From the human T2T-CHM13v2.0 reference genome, Homo sapiens: a DNA stretch of 64,000 bases. This document shows positions 48,771 through 64,000 of this stretch, piece after piece; position 1 is the stretch's first letter; each line of letters starts with the position of its first letter. A program made the position numbers and the translations under genes. The DNA lies in NCBI RefSeq assembly GCF_009914755.1, contig NC_060932.1; one strand, given 5' to 3'. The notes under the pieces were generated by a model. It saw nothing but the letters and a program-made list of their open reading frames with translations, made no database searches and was not told the origin of the DNA.

Positions 48771-51700
48771 AAAAGAGACTTAGACTCCCACATAGTAATA
48801 ATAATAATAATGGCAAACTTAACACCCCACTGTCAACATTAGACACACCAACGAGACAGAAAGTTAGAAAAGGATATCCGGGAATTGAGCTCAGCTCTGC
48901 ACCAAGCGGACCTAGGAGACATCTACAGAACGCTCCACCCCAAATCAACAGAATATACATTCTTCTCAGCACCACATCACACTTATTTCCACATTGACCA
49001 CATAGTTGGAAGTAAAGCACTCCTCAGTAAAAATAAAATAACAGAAATTATTACAAACGGTCTCTCAGACCACATTGCAATCACACTAGACCTCAGGATT
49101 GAGAAACTCACTCAAAACCGCTCAACTGCATGGAAACCGGACAAGCTGCTCCTGAATGAGTACTGGGTACATAACGAAATGAAGGCAGAAATAAAGATAT
49201 TCTCTGAAAGCAATGAGAACAAAGACACAACATACCAGAATCTCTGGGACACATTTAAAGCAGTGTGTAGAGGGAAATTTATAGCACTAAATGCCCACAA
49301 GGGAAAGCAGGAAAGATCAAAAATGCATACCCTAACATCACCATTAAAAGGATGAGAGAAGCAAGAGCAAACACATTCAAAAGCTAGCAGAAGGCAAGAA
49401 ATAACTAAGATCCGAGCAGAACTGAAGGAGATAGAGACCCAAAAAACCCTTCAAAAAATCAATGAATCCAGGAGCGGGTTTTTTGAAACCATCAACAAAA
49501 TTGATAGACCACTAGCAAGACTATTAAAGAATGAAAGAAAGAAGAATCAAGCAGATGCAATAAAAAATGATAAGGGGGATATCACCACTGATCCCCCAGA
49601 AGTACAAACTACCATGAGAGAATACTGTCAACACCTCTAGGCAAACAAACTCGGAAATCTAGAAGAAATGAATAAATTCCTGGACACATGCAACCTCCCC
49701 AGAGTAAACCAGGAAGAAGTTGAATGCCTGAATAGACCAATAACAGGCTCTGAAATTGAGGCAATAATTAATAGCCTATCAAGCAATAAAACTCCAGGAC
49801 CAGACGGATTCACAGCCGAATTCTACCAGAAGTACAAGGAGGAGCTGGTACCATTCCTTCGGAAACTATTCCAATCAACAGAAAAAGAGGGAATCCTCCC
49901 TATCTCATTTTATGAGGCCAGCATCATCCTGATCCCAAAGGCTGAGAGAGACACAACCAACAAAGAGAATTTTCGGCCCATATCCCTGAGGAACACCGAT
50001 GGAAAAATCCTCCATAAAATGCTGGCAAACCGAATCCAGCAGCACATCAAAGAGCTTATCCATTATGATCAAGTGGGCTTCATCCCTGACATGCAAGGCT
50101 GGTCCAACATATGCAAATCAATAAACATAATCCAGCATATAATCGGAACCAAAGACAGAAACCGCGTGATTATCTCAACAGATGCAGAAAAGGCCTTTGA
50201 CAAAATTCAACAGCCTTTCATGCCAAAAACTCTCAATAAATTAGGTACTGATGGGACATACCTCAAAATAATAAGGGCTATTTAGGGCAAACCCACAGCC
50301 AATATCATACTGAATGGGCAAAAAGTGGAAGCATTCCCTTTGCAAACTGCCACAAGACAGGGGTGCCCTCTCTCACCACTCCTATTCAACATAGTGTTGG
50401 AACTTCTGGCCAGGGCAATCAGGCAGGAGAAAGAAATAAAGAGTAATCAATTAGGAAAAGAGGAAGTCAAATTGTCCCTGTTTGTAGATGACATGATTGA
50501 ATATTTAGAAAACCCCATCGTCTCAGCCCAAAATCTCCTTAAGCTGATAAGCAACTTCAGCAAAGTCTCAGGATACAAAATCGATGTGCAAAACACACAA
50601 GCATTCTCATACACCAATAACAGGCAAACAGAGAGCCAAATCATGACTGAGCTCCCATTCACAATTGCTTCAAAGAGAATAAAATTCTGAGGAATCCAAC
50701 TAACAAGGGATGCGATGTGCGAAGGACCTCTTCAAGGAGAACTACAAACCACTGCTCCACGAAATAAAAGAGGACACAAACCAATGGAAGAATATTCCAT
50801 GCTCACGGTTAGGAAGAATCAGTATCGTGAAAATGGCCATACTGCCCAAGGTATATTATAGATCCAATGCCATCCCCATCAAGCTACCAAGGACTTTCTT
50901 CACAGAATTGGAAAAAACTACTTGAAAGTTTACATGGAACCACAAAAGGGCCCCCACTGCCAAGATAATCCTAAGCCAAAAGAACAAAGGTGGAGGCATC
51001 AAGCTACCCGACTTCAAACTACACTACAAGCCTACAGTAACCAAACAGCATGCTGTTGGTTGCCTTTTTGGTTACTGTAGACCAATGGAACAGAATAGAG
51101 CCCTCAGAAATAATACGACACGTCTACAACCGTCGGATCTTTGACAAACCTGACAAAAACAAGAAATGGGGAAAGGATTCCCTATTTAATAAATGGTGCT
51201 GGGAAAACTGGCTAGCCATATGTCCGAAGGTGAAATTGGATCCCTTCCTTACACCTTATGCAAAAGATTATTCAAGACGGATGAAAGACTTAAATGTTAC
51301 ATCTTAAGCCATACAAACCCTAGGAGAAAACCTAGGCAATACCATTCAGGACATAGGCATGGGCAAGGACCTCATGTCTAAAACGCCAAAAGCAAAGGCA
51401 ACAAAAGCCAATATTGACAAACGGCATCTAATTACACTAAAGAGTTTCTGCACAGCTAAAGAAACTCCCATCAGAGTGAACAGGCATGCTACAGAAAGGG
51501 AGAAAATTTTTGCAATCTACTCATCTGACAAAGGGCTAATATCCAGAATCTACTAAGAACTCAAACAGAGTTACAAGAAAAACCAAACAACCCCATCAAC
51601 AAGTGCGGGAAGGATATGAAGAGACACTTCTAAAAAGAAGACATTTATGCAGCCAACAGACACATGAAAAAATGCTCATCAACACTGGTCATCAGAGAAA

Positions 51701-52442
51701 TGCAAATCAAATCCGCAAAGAGATATCGTCTCACACCAGTTAGAATAGCGATCAATAAAAAAGTCAGGAAACAACAGGTGCTGGAGAGGTAGTGGAGAAA
51801 TAGGGACACTTTTTCACTGCTGGTGGGACTGTAAACCAGTTCAGCGGTTGTGGAAGATAGTGTGGCGAATCCTCAAGGATCTAGAATTAGAAATACCATT
51901 TGACCCAGCCGTCCCATTACTGGGTATACACCCATAGGACTATAAATCATGCTGCTAAAAGGACACACGCAGACGTATGTTTATTGCGGCACCGTTCACA
52001 GTAGCAAAGACTTGGAACCAGCCCAGATGTCCATCAATGATAGACTGGATTAAGGAAACGTGGCACAAATACACCGTGGAATACTATGCAGCCATAAAAA
52101 AGCATGTGTTCATGCCCTTCGGAGGGACACGGATGAAGCTGGAAACCATCATTCTTAGCAAACTATCGCAAGGACAAAAAAACCAAACACCGCGTGATCC
52201 CACTCATAGGTGGGAATTGAACTAGGAGAACACTTGGACGCAGAAAGGGGAACATCACACACCGGGGCCTGTCATGGGCGGGGGGAGGGGGAGGGATAAC
52301 ATTAAGAGATATACCTAATGTAAATGACTAGTGAATGGGTGCAGCACACCAACATGGCACGTGCTTACATACGTAATAAACCTGCACGTTGTGCACATGT
52401 ACCCTAGTAATTAAAGTATAATTTAAAAAAAAATGGAAAACG
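48771..52442 (+). mobile_element. 5'-truncated L1PA LINE-1
   Basis: Copy at +12,190. Confidence 0.95.
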
Positions 52443-55400
52443 AAAGTGTGATCCTAATGTCATGGTGCGGACTGAATGAAGCAGCACATGGCAAGCCTTA
52501 AAACGATCGCACATAGTAGGTGTTCAATTAATGTTAACTATATTTCTTTTCTATAATAGTTTATAAAGGGAATTCATGAACACTATGTGATTAATCCTTG
52601 GAACAACCCAACAGGTAGGTAAATAAAGCCTAATTTTATACCTAAAGAAACCATGCGGCTTAACTTGCCCAAAATAATAATGATTGTAATGAGCACTGGC
52701 TGTTGGTTTCTTATGTACTCGGTACTTTGCACGTATTAACCCAGTCAGTCCTCCTAATAGTTGTGAGAGAGATAGCATTCTTATCCCCATTTTACAGATG
52801 AGGAACCTGAAGCCCAGGTGATAAGTAGTTTATCCAAGGTATCATAGCTAGAAGTCGGGTGCAGGCAGTCTGGCTCCAGAGCCCCTGCTCTGTCCGCTGA
52901 CCTAGCTGACTTCCCAAGAGTCAAAGTGGATTCTTCCCCAAGACCAACCAATTACAATGACTGAATCAGTCAGTCAACTTCGAACTGGGCTCCAAGAGAG
53001 TATGAACCATCATGCCTCTCTAAATCCTCATTTCTAGTTTGAATCTTCAAGGAGAGATAGACACTAAGTAGCTAGTTTTGCTGGAATGGCTGATTTTATC
53101 AATGTTTTCGGTGTGTGAGTGTGTGTGTGTGTATATGTATAGAACTAAATTAAACTGATAATTTGAATGCTTACACTTCCATTAGTTCAATTTGTGTATG
53201 TGAGCCCTCACACACATACATACACACACACAAACTGTTCCAGAACAGTGACTTAGTGAAAAACTGGATTTCCACTCTGTCAGACAAATTTCGGAAAGCA
53301 CTGAAGTAGGGCATTTCTGATTGATTTTACCGTTCCCGGAATTTTATTTTCCTTTATCACTTAGACCCCTTCTGTGGGGATTTAATAAATAAACGTCTTT
53401 TGTAGTGTATGTTATTTCATTTTATTTTTATAATTTATATGAATTTTAATTTTAACTTGACAAATAAAAATTATATATATTTATGGCATACAACATGATG
53501 TTTCATACGTGTATACATTGTGGAATGACAAAATCAAGCTAATTAACACACTCGTTTCCTCACATACTGATTTTAATGTGATGAGGACATGTCTAAAATC
53601 TACTCTTATAGCAATTTTCAAGTATACAATACATACTTATACACTGTAGATGCCAGGCTGTTCAATAGATCTCTAGAACCATTCCTCTCTGAAATTTTGT
53701 ATCATGAGACTATCATCTCTCCAGTCCCTCCCTGACCCCTGCCTCGGGTAACCACCGTTCTGCTCTCTACAGCTATGAGTTGCATTGTTTGAGATTGCAC
53801 ATATAAGTGAGATCATGCAGTATTTGTCTTTTTGTGCTTGCTTTTTAAATCTTTATTATGTAATTATTTATTTTTTGAGACAGGGTCTCAGTCTGTCACC
53901 CAGGCTGGAGTACAGTGACACAAACACGGCTCACTCACCACGGCCTCCACCTCCCGGGGTCGAGAGTTCCTCCCGCTTCAGCCTCCTGAATAGCTAGGAC
54001 TACAGGCGTCCAACGCCACACTTGGCTAATTTTTGTGTTTCTTTTAGAGATGGGGTTTCACCATGTTGCCCAGGTTCATCTCCAACTCCTGGGCTCAACG
54101 CTTCCACCTGCCTTGGCCTCCCAAAGTACTGGGATTACAGGCATGAGCCACCGTGCCTGGCCTTTGCTTTCTTTCACTCAGTGTACCATCCTCTAGGCTC
54201 ATTCGTGTTGCCAATGAGATGATTTCTTTCTTTTTTAAGGCTGAATTGTGTTCTATTGGGTATATGTACCGCTTTTCTTTTTATGTTTAATTTTTTTTGG
54301 TTTTTTGAGACAGAGTTTCGCTCGCGTCGCCCAGGCTGGAGTGCAGTGGCGTGATTTCGAGTCACTACAAACTCTGCCTCCCAGGTTGAAGTGATTCTCC
54401 TGCCTCACCTGAGATTAGAGGCATGTACCGGCATGTCCGGCTAATTTTGTGTTTCTAGTAGAGATGGGGTTTCACCATGTTGGCCAGGCTGGTCTTGAAC
54501 TCCAACAATTCTAATTCAACTAATTTATTTTATAGAAATATTTATGTGTGAGAAACAATATTTCCAAGAGTCAAAGATTTAAAACTGCTTAATTGTACAT
54601 CACTAAGTGGCTGGCTAATAAATTATAGTACGTTCATCCTTACGGAAGAATACTTTGCAGCTAAAACAGAACGAAAGAGAGGAAACTCTTCAAAATGTTA
54701 ACTGGGAATGACGTTCAAGACTTATTGTTAAATAAAACAAATTGAGAAGAAGAGTCGTTTATTGGTACTAAATTTGTGTCAGTAAAAATGGATTCTATAC
54801 GTGGGATGGTTTATAAGTATGTGGAAAAATTCTTTGATGGTTTTTCCTTGAAAAAGTGAAACCTAAATCCACTCCGTTTGGATGTGGGCCTATTTACGGT
54901 TGTTGCTTCCTAAACATAAACTACGTTTAGGCTGATATTTCAGACAATGAAACCTTTGAGTGCCCGTAGCGGGAAGATCTCGGTTGCTGAGTGCAGGGAA
55001 GGAGGATGTAATTCCATCATATATACTCTCTGTGCCTATCGCATTTGGAACCATGCGAGTGATACCTATTTATAAAATAAAATAAACCAAGCAAAAGTAC
55101 GAACTTAGCAACACTACATTGAGTTAATAGAACGGTATCTTGTATTTCTTCTGTCCAGGTATACTTATAAATGCCTGCAGGGATTTCACCACCTCAGGGT
55201 GGAGAGACTGAATGCTTGTGAGGGAATTAGGATGGTGGAATATTGGTGTTACCAGGGAAGGGGGCGGGATGTTTGAAAATGCTATGTTTACTCGTTCTTG
55301 GGTTCCAATAAAGGAGAAACAGGGCACAGGAGTCGGAAGGACTAGTGGCAATAGTGATGAAAGGACCTCCTTATCATGCTGGCAATGTTAATTACCCAGG

Positions 55401-56942
55401 TGTAGGAAGCCATACACTGAGGCGGAAGATCGCAAGTCAGAGTGGCCGGCAGGCACAACCTCCTGGCACACCAGAGGCAGGTCTTCAATACCCACTGGTT
55501 TCCCCAACAGGCTGCGTAAGGGACCCTGAGCCACAGTGAGTTGGTCAAATGCTCCTGACAGTGTGGAGAAACCAACAGGCAAAACGTGGGTGCAAAAGTG
55601 ATGAGACCCCACACTTTACACTCGTGGTGACAATGAAGCTATTAAGTAACAGCTTCTCAACCTATGCTGTTTCCTGTTGGATGCACATAATCCATTTGCA
55701 CTGCAGACAATTTTAGGATGTGGTTTACAGTAAGGTGGATGGTACCTTATGGCAAAAATCTCTCAGAAATTTATGTGTGGTTTTAAAGTCATTCCAGTCC
55801 TAGCACGTTGCGCTTTTCAGAGACGCCATAGCTGTTTTTCCCTTTGTAATATCAAAGCAGTAATATCTTCTCTGGAGGCCTGTTGGGTGAATTTAATGGA
55901 ATCAAGTTAAGTAGGTGCCAGAACCATTGCTGTTTTCCCTCCATAGCCCTGCCACCCACTGTAAAAAGGTTGATGAGATTACTTAATGATTTCCAATTAA
56001 GTTGTATTTCCAAATATCATGATTTCCATTTTAATGTAGTTGGTATGGAGCTCTGTGAGTGTGTGCTTCTTTTATTATGGATCACGTTCAGCTTCTTTTT
56101 ATTTGCCTCCTAGTCATAATAGTAAAACTCTACTCCTCTACTCCGAGGAGTCCCTACCACCCATCTCATCACTTTCCAGCCCAGCACTCTTCATGCTCAT
56201 TCCTTTAAAGCATTCAACATTGTGTAAATGAATCTTGGAAGGCAAAAGCTACTGAATTTAGCGAATTTGTGGAGGCATTGCCACAAATCAGCCAGGTGAA
56301 GTTTCACACAATCGAAGACTGCACAACTCCTAGAAGGCAGCACTATGCTGCAAACCCAGACGGCCACTCTTCTCACCCCTCGTCCGTTTGCTGTTCTGGA
56401 TAATGAGGTTCAAAAGTCACCTAGGCAACTGCCAAAATAGCTGAAATGGAGAAAGGGCTTCAGGCTGGTGACTAGCAGAGGTCCACCTGACCCCCGTAAG
56501 CTGCTGAACAAGTAGGGCTGCCGGAAATGTCCCACTAGGGAATTTGGTAGAGACGAAGACATGCTCACCGGACAAGGGTTCCTCCCAGGATACGCCCGAG
56601 CGGAAGAAGCGGGCTCTGAGCCACGCCCTTTCACCCTCCTCTACCCCGCCCTGGGCTGGTGAAGGTGCGCGCCAGGATGTGGACTACTGAGCCCTGAAGA
56701 AATAAGTCCTTCCACTTTGACCCCATGGAGGATTGCCTGTGAGGAACTTAAACGAGTCTACCAGTGTCTAGACACGGGGGCAGGTCTGTCCGGCACAGCA
56801 GCTCCCTCAAGGAGGAGAAGAGTGAGGAGAAAGGAAACTCAAGTCTCACCATTCTGTCCTGGGAGAGAAGAGGAGGATCTCATCTCTCATCTGTCCAAAC
56901 AAGGCAAGGAGACTTTCTCTCATCTTTCCAAGCAAGGCAAGG

Positions 56943-57831
56943 AGACTTTTTATCATTAGGAAACAAAAAGAATTTAGAAGGAATGAAAGCAGCCCGTAAG
57001 GTGAATTCCTAAGGACTGCCCATTGAAACTGACAAAATTGCCCTTGTTTGATGAGAGGAATGAGCAGAGCATTGATGTGGTGAACAAGGATCTAGTGAGA
57101 CTTTCCCAGCATGTTTCTACCAAAGCTTTATCTAAGCTTCTCAGAACACTCTCCTAATAAGCAGATGTTTGGCCTTTCAGAAAGTCAACAAGCAAAATGC
57201 CTTGAGTGTCCCAAAACACTGATGCTATGATGTGGGCTCCTGACTGGCCTCCTTTTCCTTTGACTGGACCACTGCCACCTCTTGGTAGCCATCGCTTTCA
57301 TGATGCTTTGCCATGGAGATCATATTGGTGAAGCCATGTTCCAACTTCCGCTTACAATTTGTCAGAGGGATGCGTCAGGATCGTGATCCCTCCTGTTTAA
57401 AATTTCCACTGATAGCTCTCGTCGTAACTGCAGCTGATCTGGGCACAGTGGTTTTCACAGCCACTGCAGGATTCATCTTCCACATCTTCTCACCTCTTCT
57501 TGAAACAAGCTATACATTCGTAAAGAGTTCATTTCTTCGGGGTAGTGTCCTTACAAGCTTTTCTTAAAACGTCAATGATTTCTTCAATCTTCCACCCAAG
57601 CTTCACCATAAATTTGATGTTTCCTCTTGCTGCAATTTTCGTGGAATTCATGTTGCTCTGATGGGAGTCCTTTTCAGTGGATGTCTCATCCTTCTTAGTG
57701 CCTCAAACTAGATCTAGTTCAGAAAGGTTATCAGAAGTTAGGACAAGTTTATTTTAGTGCAAACCAGTGGAAATCCATGCATAGTTTCTTCACCATGTGC
57801 ATTTTCTATGAACCTTTGTAAGACCACCTGT
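56943..57831 (-). mobile_element. Decayed Hsmar2 mariner
   Basis: Copy at +24,380. Confidence 0.85.
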
Positions 57832-58368
57832 GTTGAACATTGCCCAAGTCCTGGGAGAGAAGTGGGTGCGGTCCGCTTCCTGTCCTCAATTTGCCCGCAG
57901 CGGCGGAGTGCACAGAGCAGGGAAAGGCAGCCCCAGAGGGATCCCGCCCTCCAGCATGCAGCAGACTGCTGGCCCAGTCCTGGCTCCAAGGGGTGCTGTG
58001 TGGGCCCAAGCAAGTTGACCAACCTCCCTGAACCTTAATTTAATCCTAGGTAGCCCAATTCCAGTAGCCATTATAGGACTGCCCTGCAGGGACAGTTACT
58101 TAACTCAGGAAAAGCAACCTAGCTCCAAGTTTAGCAACCGGGAGTTCCAGTTGATTCCATTAGCGCACCCCCTGAGGCATTCCCAAGCTGGAGTCTGGTG
58201 GAAGATGAGGCTCAGTGTGATTGGACTGAAGCACCAACCTATCAAGGAGAAGTCCCACCCAGTCTGCCCTGTGCCTATATAAAGGCGACAAGTGGCGGCC
58301 GCAGCACTCATTGAAGCCGCCAGTTGGGAGAGGAGCAGAGCCAGGCCGGTGCTCCCGAAGGCAGCAAG

Positions 58369-60396
58369 ATGTTGCGAGCCACAGCTCCCTGCTGGTTCCC
58401 CCCTGGATACCCAGAAGCTAAGAAGGTGGCCGAGGAGGCGGCCCTGGAGGCAAGCCGCCATTTGGGAGGGGAGCAGAGCCAGGCCGGTGCTCCCGAAGGC
58501 AGCAAGATGTTGCGAGCCACAGCTCCCTGCTGGTTCCGCCCTGGATACCCAGAAGCTAAGAAGCTGGCCAAGGAGGCGGCCCCGGAGGCAAGCCGCCATT
58601 TGGGAGCGGAGCAGAGCCCGGCCGGTGCTCCCGAAGGCAGCAAGATGTTGCGAGCCACAGCTCCCTGCTGGTTCCCACCTGGATACCCAGAAGCTAAGAA
58701 GGTGGCCGAGGAGGCGGCCCTCGAGGCTCCAGAATTCCCACTGCCCTCTCATCAGCCTGCCCAGAGCTTCGGGCTCTGGGTGCCCCAGATGCACAAGCAG
58801 GCCTCAGCATTTGTGGACATCCAGGCGGAGCCCCAGAACAGGGGTCCGGCGGTGCCCCCAGCGTGGTCCAAGATGGTGACGGAGTCGTGCTACTTCCCTG
58901 CGCAGAGGGGATCGGCCTGCCGCTTGCCAGCCGCCCCAAGGCTGACAGAGAGGCCCTCGGGAGTCCGCATCTCAGCCCCCAGGAAGAGGAAGACGATCGC
59001 CCACTCTTCCAGCCCTTGCTTGGTCACAGGTTACACAGATGCCAAGAGAACCCGGGTGGCCAGCAGCAGCCAACGCTCCCGTGGCTCCAAGGTCGGCAGA
59101 CAGCCAGGGAAGACGCGCAACAGGTCAGGGATGGCATGCAAGACCACCGCCACCACCAGCTCTAAGCGAATCGTCCGTCGTGCATCCTTACCGAGTTTGA
59201 GTTTGAAGAAACCCATTATCCTCCGAAGCTCTGGGTGCCAAGTCCCCACCGTCCTCCGCCGAGGCTATCTCCAACTGTTCACCGAAGAGTGTCTCAAGTT
59301 CTGCGCCTCCAAGCAGGAGGCCGAGGAGAAGGCGCTGAACGAGGAGAAGGTGGCCTACGACTGCAGCCCCAACAAGAACAGGTACCTGAACGTGGTCCTG
59401 AACACCCTCAAGAGACTGAAGGGCCTGACCCCCAGCTCCATGCCCGGCCTCAGCAGGGCCGCCCTGTACAGCCGCCTCCAGGAGTTCCTGCTCACCCAGG
59501 ACCAGCTCAAGGAGAACGGCTACCCCTTCCCGCACCCCGAGCGGCCCGGAGGCGCCGTCCTCTTCACTGGCCAGGGGAAGGGGCCCGGCGACTCCTCCTG
59601 CAGGGTCTGCTGCCGTTGTGGCACCGAGTACCTGGTGTCCTCCTCGGGCCGCTGTGTACGCGACCAGTTGTGTTATTATCACTGGGGGCGGGTCCGCTCG
59701 AGCCAGGTGGCTGGAGGCCGGGTTAGCCAGTACACCTGCTGTGCAGCTGCTCCTGGCTCTGTGGGCTGCCAGGTGGCAAAGCAGCACGTGCGGGACGGCC
59801 GCAAGGAGAGCCTCGATGGCTTCGTGGAGACCTTCAAGAAAGAGTTGTCCAGAGACGCTTATCCAGGAATCTACGCCTTGGACTGTGAGATGTGCTACAC
59901 CACGCATGGCCTAGAGCTGACCCGCGTCACCGTGGTGGACGCCGACATGCGAGTGGTGTACGACACCTTCGTCAAGCCCGACAACGAGATCGTGGACTAC
60001 AACACCAGGTTTTCCGGAGTCACCGAGGCCGACGTCGCCAAGACGAGCATCACGTTGCCCCAAGTCCAAGCCATCCTGCTGAGCTTTTTCAGCGCCCAAA
60101 CCATCCTCATCGGGCACAGCCTGGAGAGCGACCTGCTGGCCCTGAAGCTCATCCACAGCACCGTGGTGGACACGGCCGTGCTCTTCCCGCACTACCTGGG
60201 TTTCCCCTACAAGCGCTCCCTCAGGAATCTCGCGGCCGACTACCTGGCACAGATCATCCAGGACAGCCAGGACGGCCACAACTCCAGCGAGGACGCAAAC
60301 GCCTGCCTGCAGCTGGTGATGTGGAAGGTCCGACAGCGCGCCCAGATCCAGCCACGCCACCGGTCCGCCTCTCCCGCCGCCCTGGCCTGTCCTTAG
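58369..60396 (+). CDS. REXO1L1: Putative exonuclease GOR / REXO1-like 1, 675 aa
   Basis: Copy of 33989-36016 at +24,380 with the ORF intact. Confidence 0.88.
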   Translation: MLRATAPCWFPPGYPEAKKVAEEAALEASRHLGGEQSQAGAPEGSKMLRATAPCWFRPGYPEAKKLAKEAAPEASRHLGAEQSPAGAPEGSKMLRATAPCWFPPGYPEAKKVAEEAALEAPEFPLPSHQPAQSFGLWVPQMHKQASAFVDIQAEPQNRGPAVPPAWSKMVTESCYFPAQRGSACRLPAAPRLTERPSGVRISAPRKRKTIAHSSSPCLVTGYTDAKRTRVASSSQRSRGSKVGRQPGKTRNRSGMACKTTATTSSKRIVRRASLPSLSLKKPIILRSSGCQVPTVLRRGYLQLFTEECLKFCASKQEAEEKALNEEKVAYDCSPNKNRYLNVVLNTLKRLKGLTPSSMPGLSRAALYSRLQEFLLTQDQLKENGYPFPHPERPGGAVLFTGQGKGPGDSSCRVCCRCGTEYLVSSSGRCVRDQLCYYHWGRVRSSQVAGGRVSQYTCCAAAPGSVGCQVAKQHVRDGRKESLDGFVETFKKELSRDAYPGIYALDCEMCYTTHGLELTRVTVVDADMRVVYDTFVKPDNEIVDYNTRFSGVTEADVAKTSITLPQVQAILLSFFSAQTILIGHSLESDLLALKLIHSTVVDTAVLFPHYLGFPYKRSLRNLAADYLAQIIQDSQDGHNSSEDANACLQLVMWKVRQRAQIQPRHRSASPAALACP

Positions 60397-60960
60397 CCCC
60401 AGGCCTCTTCCAAAACCGCCATCAGTCCCGAGAGCTCACCCTGCCCACCTCGCCGCAAAGCGAAAGAAACTGGAGCAGCCGGCGGCAGGAGAGGGCAAAA
60501 AGCCAAGAGTAACCCCAACCCCCCACTCCCGGTCCCCCGGAATCCCTGCCGCGGCCCCTCGGGCCTGTCCACATCCCTCTGCCCCTCCCAGACCTCTGTC
60601 CTTCCACCAATCGCCTCCCGCAGCCCCGAGCCGCCACTCCCAGTCCCCCGAGTCCCTGCCGCGCGCCCTCGCGCCTGTCCACATCCCTCTGCCCATCCGA
60701 GACCTCTGTCCTTACACCACTAGCCACCCCACGTGGGACTTCCATGGCTTCTGAGTACAAGGCCAGCCCCCCGGCCCACCAGCTTTCGGAATGCCTGCTT
60801 ACCTCTTTTTCTGTAGAGGCACCACAGGGAGGTGGGTGAAGCACTTCGGCTCTGGAGTTACAGATCTGGGTTCAAGGCCAAATTCCACCACTTACTAGGT
60901 TTGTAATATTGGACAGATAACGTCTTTGCGCTTCTACCTTTTGGTCTTTAAAGTGTGATC

Positions 60961-63900
60961 AAAAGAGACTTAGACTCCCACATAGTAATAATAATAATAA
61001 TGGCAAACTTAACACCCCACTGTCAACATTAGACACACCAACGAGACAGAAAGTTAGAAAAGGATATCCGGGAATTGAGCTCAGCTCTGCACCAAGCGGA
61101 CCTAGGAGACATCTACAGAACGCTCCACCCCAAATCAACAGAATATACATTCTTCTCAGCACCACATCACACTTATTTCCACATTGACCACATAGTTGGA
61201 AGTAAAGCACTCCTCAGTAAAAGTAAAATAACAGAAATTATTACAAACGGTCTCTCAGACCACATTGCAATCACACTAGACCTCAGGATTGAGAAACTCA
61301 CTCAAAACCGCTCAACTGCATGGAAACCGGACAAGCTGCTCCTGAATGAGTACTGGGTACATAACGAAATGAAGGCAGAAATAAAGATATTCTCTGAAAG
61401 CAATGAGAACAAAGACACAACATACCAGAATCTCTGGGACACATTTAAAGCAGTGTGTAGAGGGAAATTTATAGCACTAAATGCCCACAAGGGAAAGCAG
61501 GAAAGATCAAAAATGCATACCCTAACATCACCATTAAAAGGATGAGAGAAGCAAGAGCAAACACATTCAAAAGCTAGCAGAAGGCAAGAAATAACTAAGA
61601 TCCGAGCAGAACTGAAGGAGATAGAGACCCAAAAAACCCTTCAAAAAATCAATGAATCCAGGAGCGGGTTTTTTGAAACCATCAACAAAATTGATAGACC
61701 ACTAGCAAGACTATTAAAGAATGAAAGAAAGAAGAATCAAGCAGATGCAATAAAAAATGATAAAGGGGATATCACCACTGATCCCCCAGAAGTACAAACT
61801 ACCATGAGAGAATACTGTCAACACCTCTAGGCAAACAAACTCGGAAATCTAGAAGAAATGAATAAATTCCTGGACACATGCAACCTCCCCAGAGTAAACC
61901 AGGAAGAAGTTGAATGCCTGAATAGACCAATAACAGGCTCTGAAATTGAGGCAATAATTAATAGCCTATCAAGCAATAAAACTCCAGGACCAGACGGATT
62001 CACAGCCGAATTCTACCAGAAGTACAAGGAGGAGCTGGTACCATTCCTTCGGAAACTATTCCAATCAACAGAAAAAGAGGGAATCCTCCCTATCTCATTT
62101 TATGAGGCCAGCATCATCCTGATCCCAAAGGCTGAGAGAGACACAACCAACAAAGAGAATTTTCGGCCCATATCCCTGAGGAACACCGATGGAAAAATCC
62201 TCCATAAAATGCTGGCAAACCGAATCCAGCAGCACATCAAAGAGCTTATCCATTATGATCAAGTGGGCTTCATCCCTGACATGCAAGGCTGGTCCAACAT
62301 ATGCAAATCAATAAACATAATCCAGCATATAATCGGAACCAAAGACAGAAACCACGTGATTATCTCAACAGATGCAGAAAAGGCCTTTGACAAAATTCAA
62401 CAGCCTTTCATGCCAAAAACTCTCAATAAATTAGGTACTGATGGGACATACCTCAAAATAATAAGGGCTATTTAGGGCAAACCCACAGCCAATATCATAC
62501 TGAATGGGCAAAAAGTGGAAGCATTCCCTTTGCAAACTGCCACAAGACAGGGGTGCCCTCTCTCACCACTCCTATTCAACATAGTGTTGGAACTTCTGGC
62601 CAGGGCAATCAGGCAGGAGAAAGAAATAAAGAGTAATCAATTAGGAAAAGAGGAAGTCAAATTGTCCCTGTTTGTAGATGACATGATTGAATATTTAGAA
62701 AACCCCATCGTCTCAGCCCAAAATCTCCTTAAGCTGATAAGCAACTTCAGCAAAGTCTCAGGATACAAAATCGATGTGCAAAACACACAAGCATTCTCAT
62801 ACACCAATAACAGGCAAACAGAGAGCCAAATCATGACTGAGCTCCCATTCACAATTGCTTCAAAGAGAATAAAATTCTGAGGAATCCAACTAACAAGGGA
62901 TGCGATGTGCGAAGGACCTCTTCAAGGAGAACTACAAACCACTGCTCCACGAAATAAAAGAGGACACAAACCAATGGAAGAATATTCCATGCTCACGGTT
63001 AGGAAGAATCAGTATCGTGAAAATGGCCATACTGCCCAAGGTATATTATAGATCCAATGCCATCCCCATCAAGCTACCAAGGACTTTCTTCACAGAATTG
63101 GAAAAAACTACTTGAAAGTTTACATGGAACCACAAAAGGGCCCCCACTGCCAAGATAATCCTAAGCCAAAAGAACAAAGGTGGAGGCATCAAGCTACCCG
63201 ACTTCAAACTACACTACAAGCCTACAGTAACCAAACAGCATGCTGTTGGTTGCCTTTTTGGTTACTGTAGACCAATGGAACAGAATAGAGCCCTCAGAAA
63301 TAATACGACACGTCTACAACCGTCGGATCTTTGACAAACCTGACAAAAACAAGAAATGGGGAAAGGATTCCCTATTTAATAAATGGTGCTGGGAAAACTG
63401 GCTAGCCATATGTCCGAAGGTGAAATTGGATCCCTTCCTTACACCTTATGCAAAAGTTTATTCAAGACGGATGAAAGACTTAAATGTTACATCTTAAGCC
63501 ATACAAACCCTAGGAGAAAACCTAGGCAATACCATTCAGGACATAGGCATGGGCAAGGACCTCATGTCTAAAACGCCAAAAGCAAAGGCAACAAAAGCCA
63601 ATATTGACAAACGGCATCTAATTACACTAAAGAGTTTCTGCACAGCTAAAGAAACTCCCATCAGAGTGAACAGGCATGCTACAGAAAGGGAGAAAATTTT
63701 TGCAATCTACTCATCTGACAAAGGGCTAATATCCAGAATCTACTAAGAACTCAAACAGAGTTACAAGAAAAACCAAACAACCCCATCAACAAGTGCGGGA
63801 AGGATATGAAGAGACACTTCTAAAAAGAAGACATTTATGCAGCCAACAGACACATGAAAAAATGCTCATCAACACTGGTCATCAGAGAAATGCAAATCAA

Positions 63901-64000
63901 ATCCGCAAAGAGATATCGTCTCACACCAGTTAGAATAGCGATCAATAAAAAAGTCAGGAAACAACAGGTGCTGGAGAGGTAGTGGAGAAATAGGGACACT
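60961..64000 (+). mobile_element. 5'-truncated L1PA LINE-1 (runs off the window end)
   Basis: Copy at +24,380. Confidence 0.95.

Overview
Primate (almost certainly human) DNA from the REXO1L1/GOR macrosatellite, the ~12.19-kb VNTR known from chr8q21.2; the locus is recognised from the protein, not from a database search. Each unit carries an intronless REXO1-derived DEDDh exonuclease gene (ATG-started ORF of 675 aa) with a TATA/CCAAT promoter, a 5'-truncated L1PA with an 11-bp target-site duplication (TSD), AluS and AluJ copies, old L1M and MIR fragments and a decayed Hsmar2 mariner. The window spans an orientation switch. The left side has units with the gene on the minus strand (1-23957) and includes a 3,085-bp short unit made by an Alu/Hsmar2 junction with 4-bp microhomology at 15115-15118. 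A fold-back inversion at 23957 creates ~8.84-kb palindromic arms around a 289-bp spacer. The right side has head-to-tail plus-strand units of 12,190 bp. There are four intact gene copies. Most interesting are the base-level junctions (the inversion breakpoint falls in a G-quadruplex motif), a 108-codon in-frame extension behind the TAG that contains the GOR/HCV epitope, a triplicated 138-bp 5'UTR-plus-start module giving three identical ATG contexts, a template-switch hairpin in the L1, CpG gain in the L1 and mosaic variant sharing between units. I see no evidence of a wholly new gene system. Most short ORFs in the track are repeat-derived noise.
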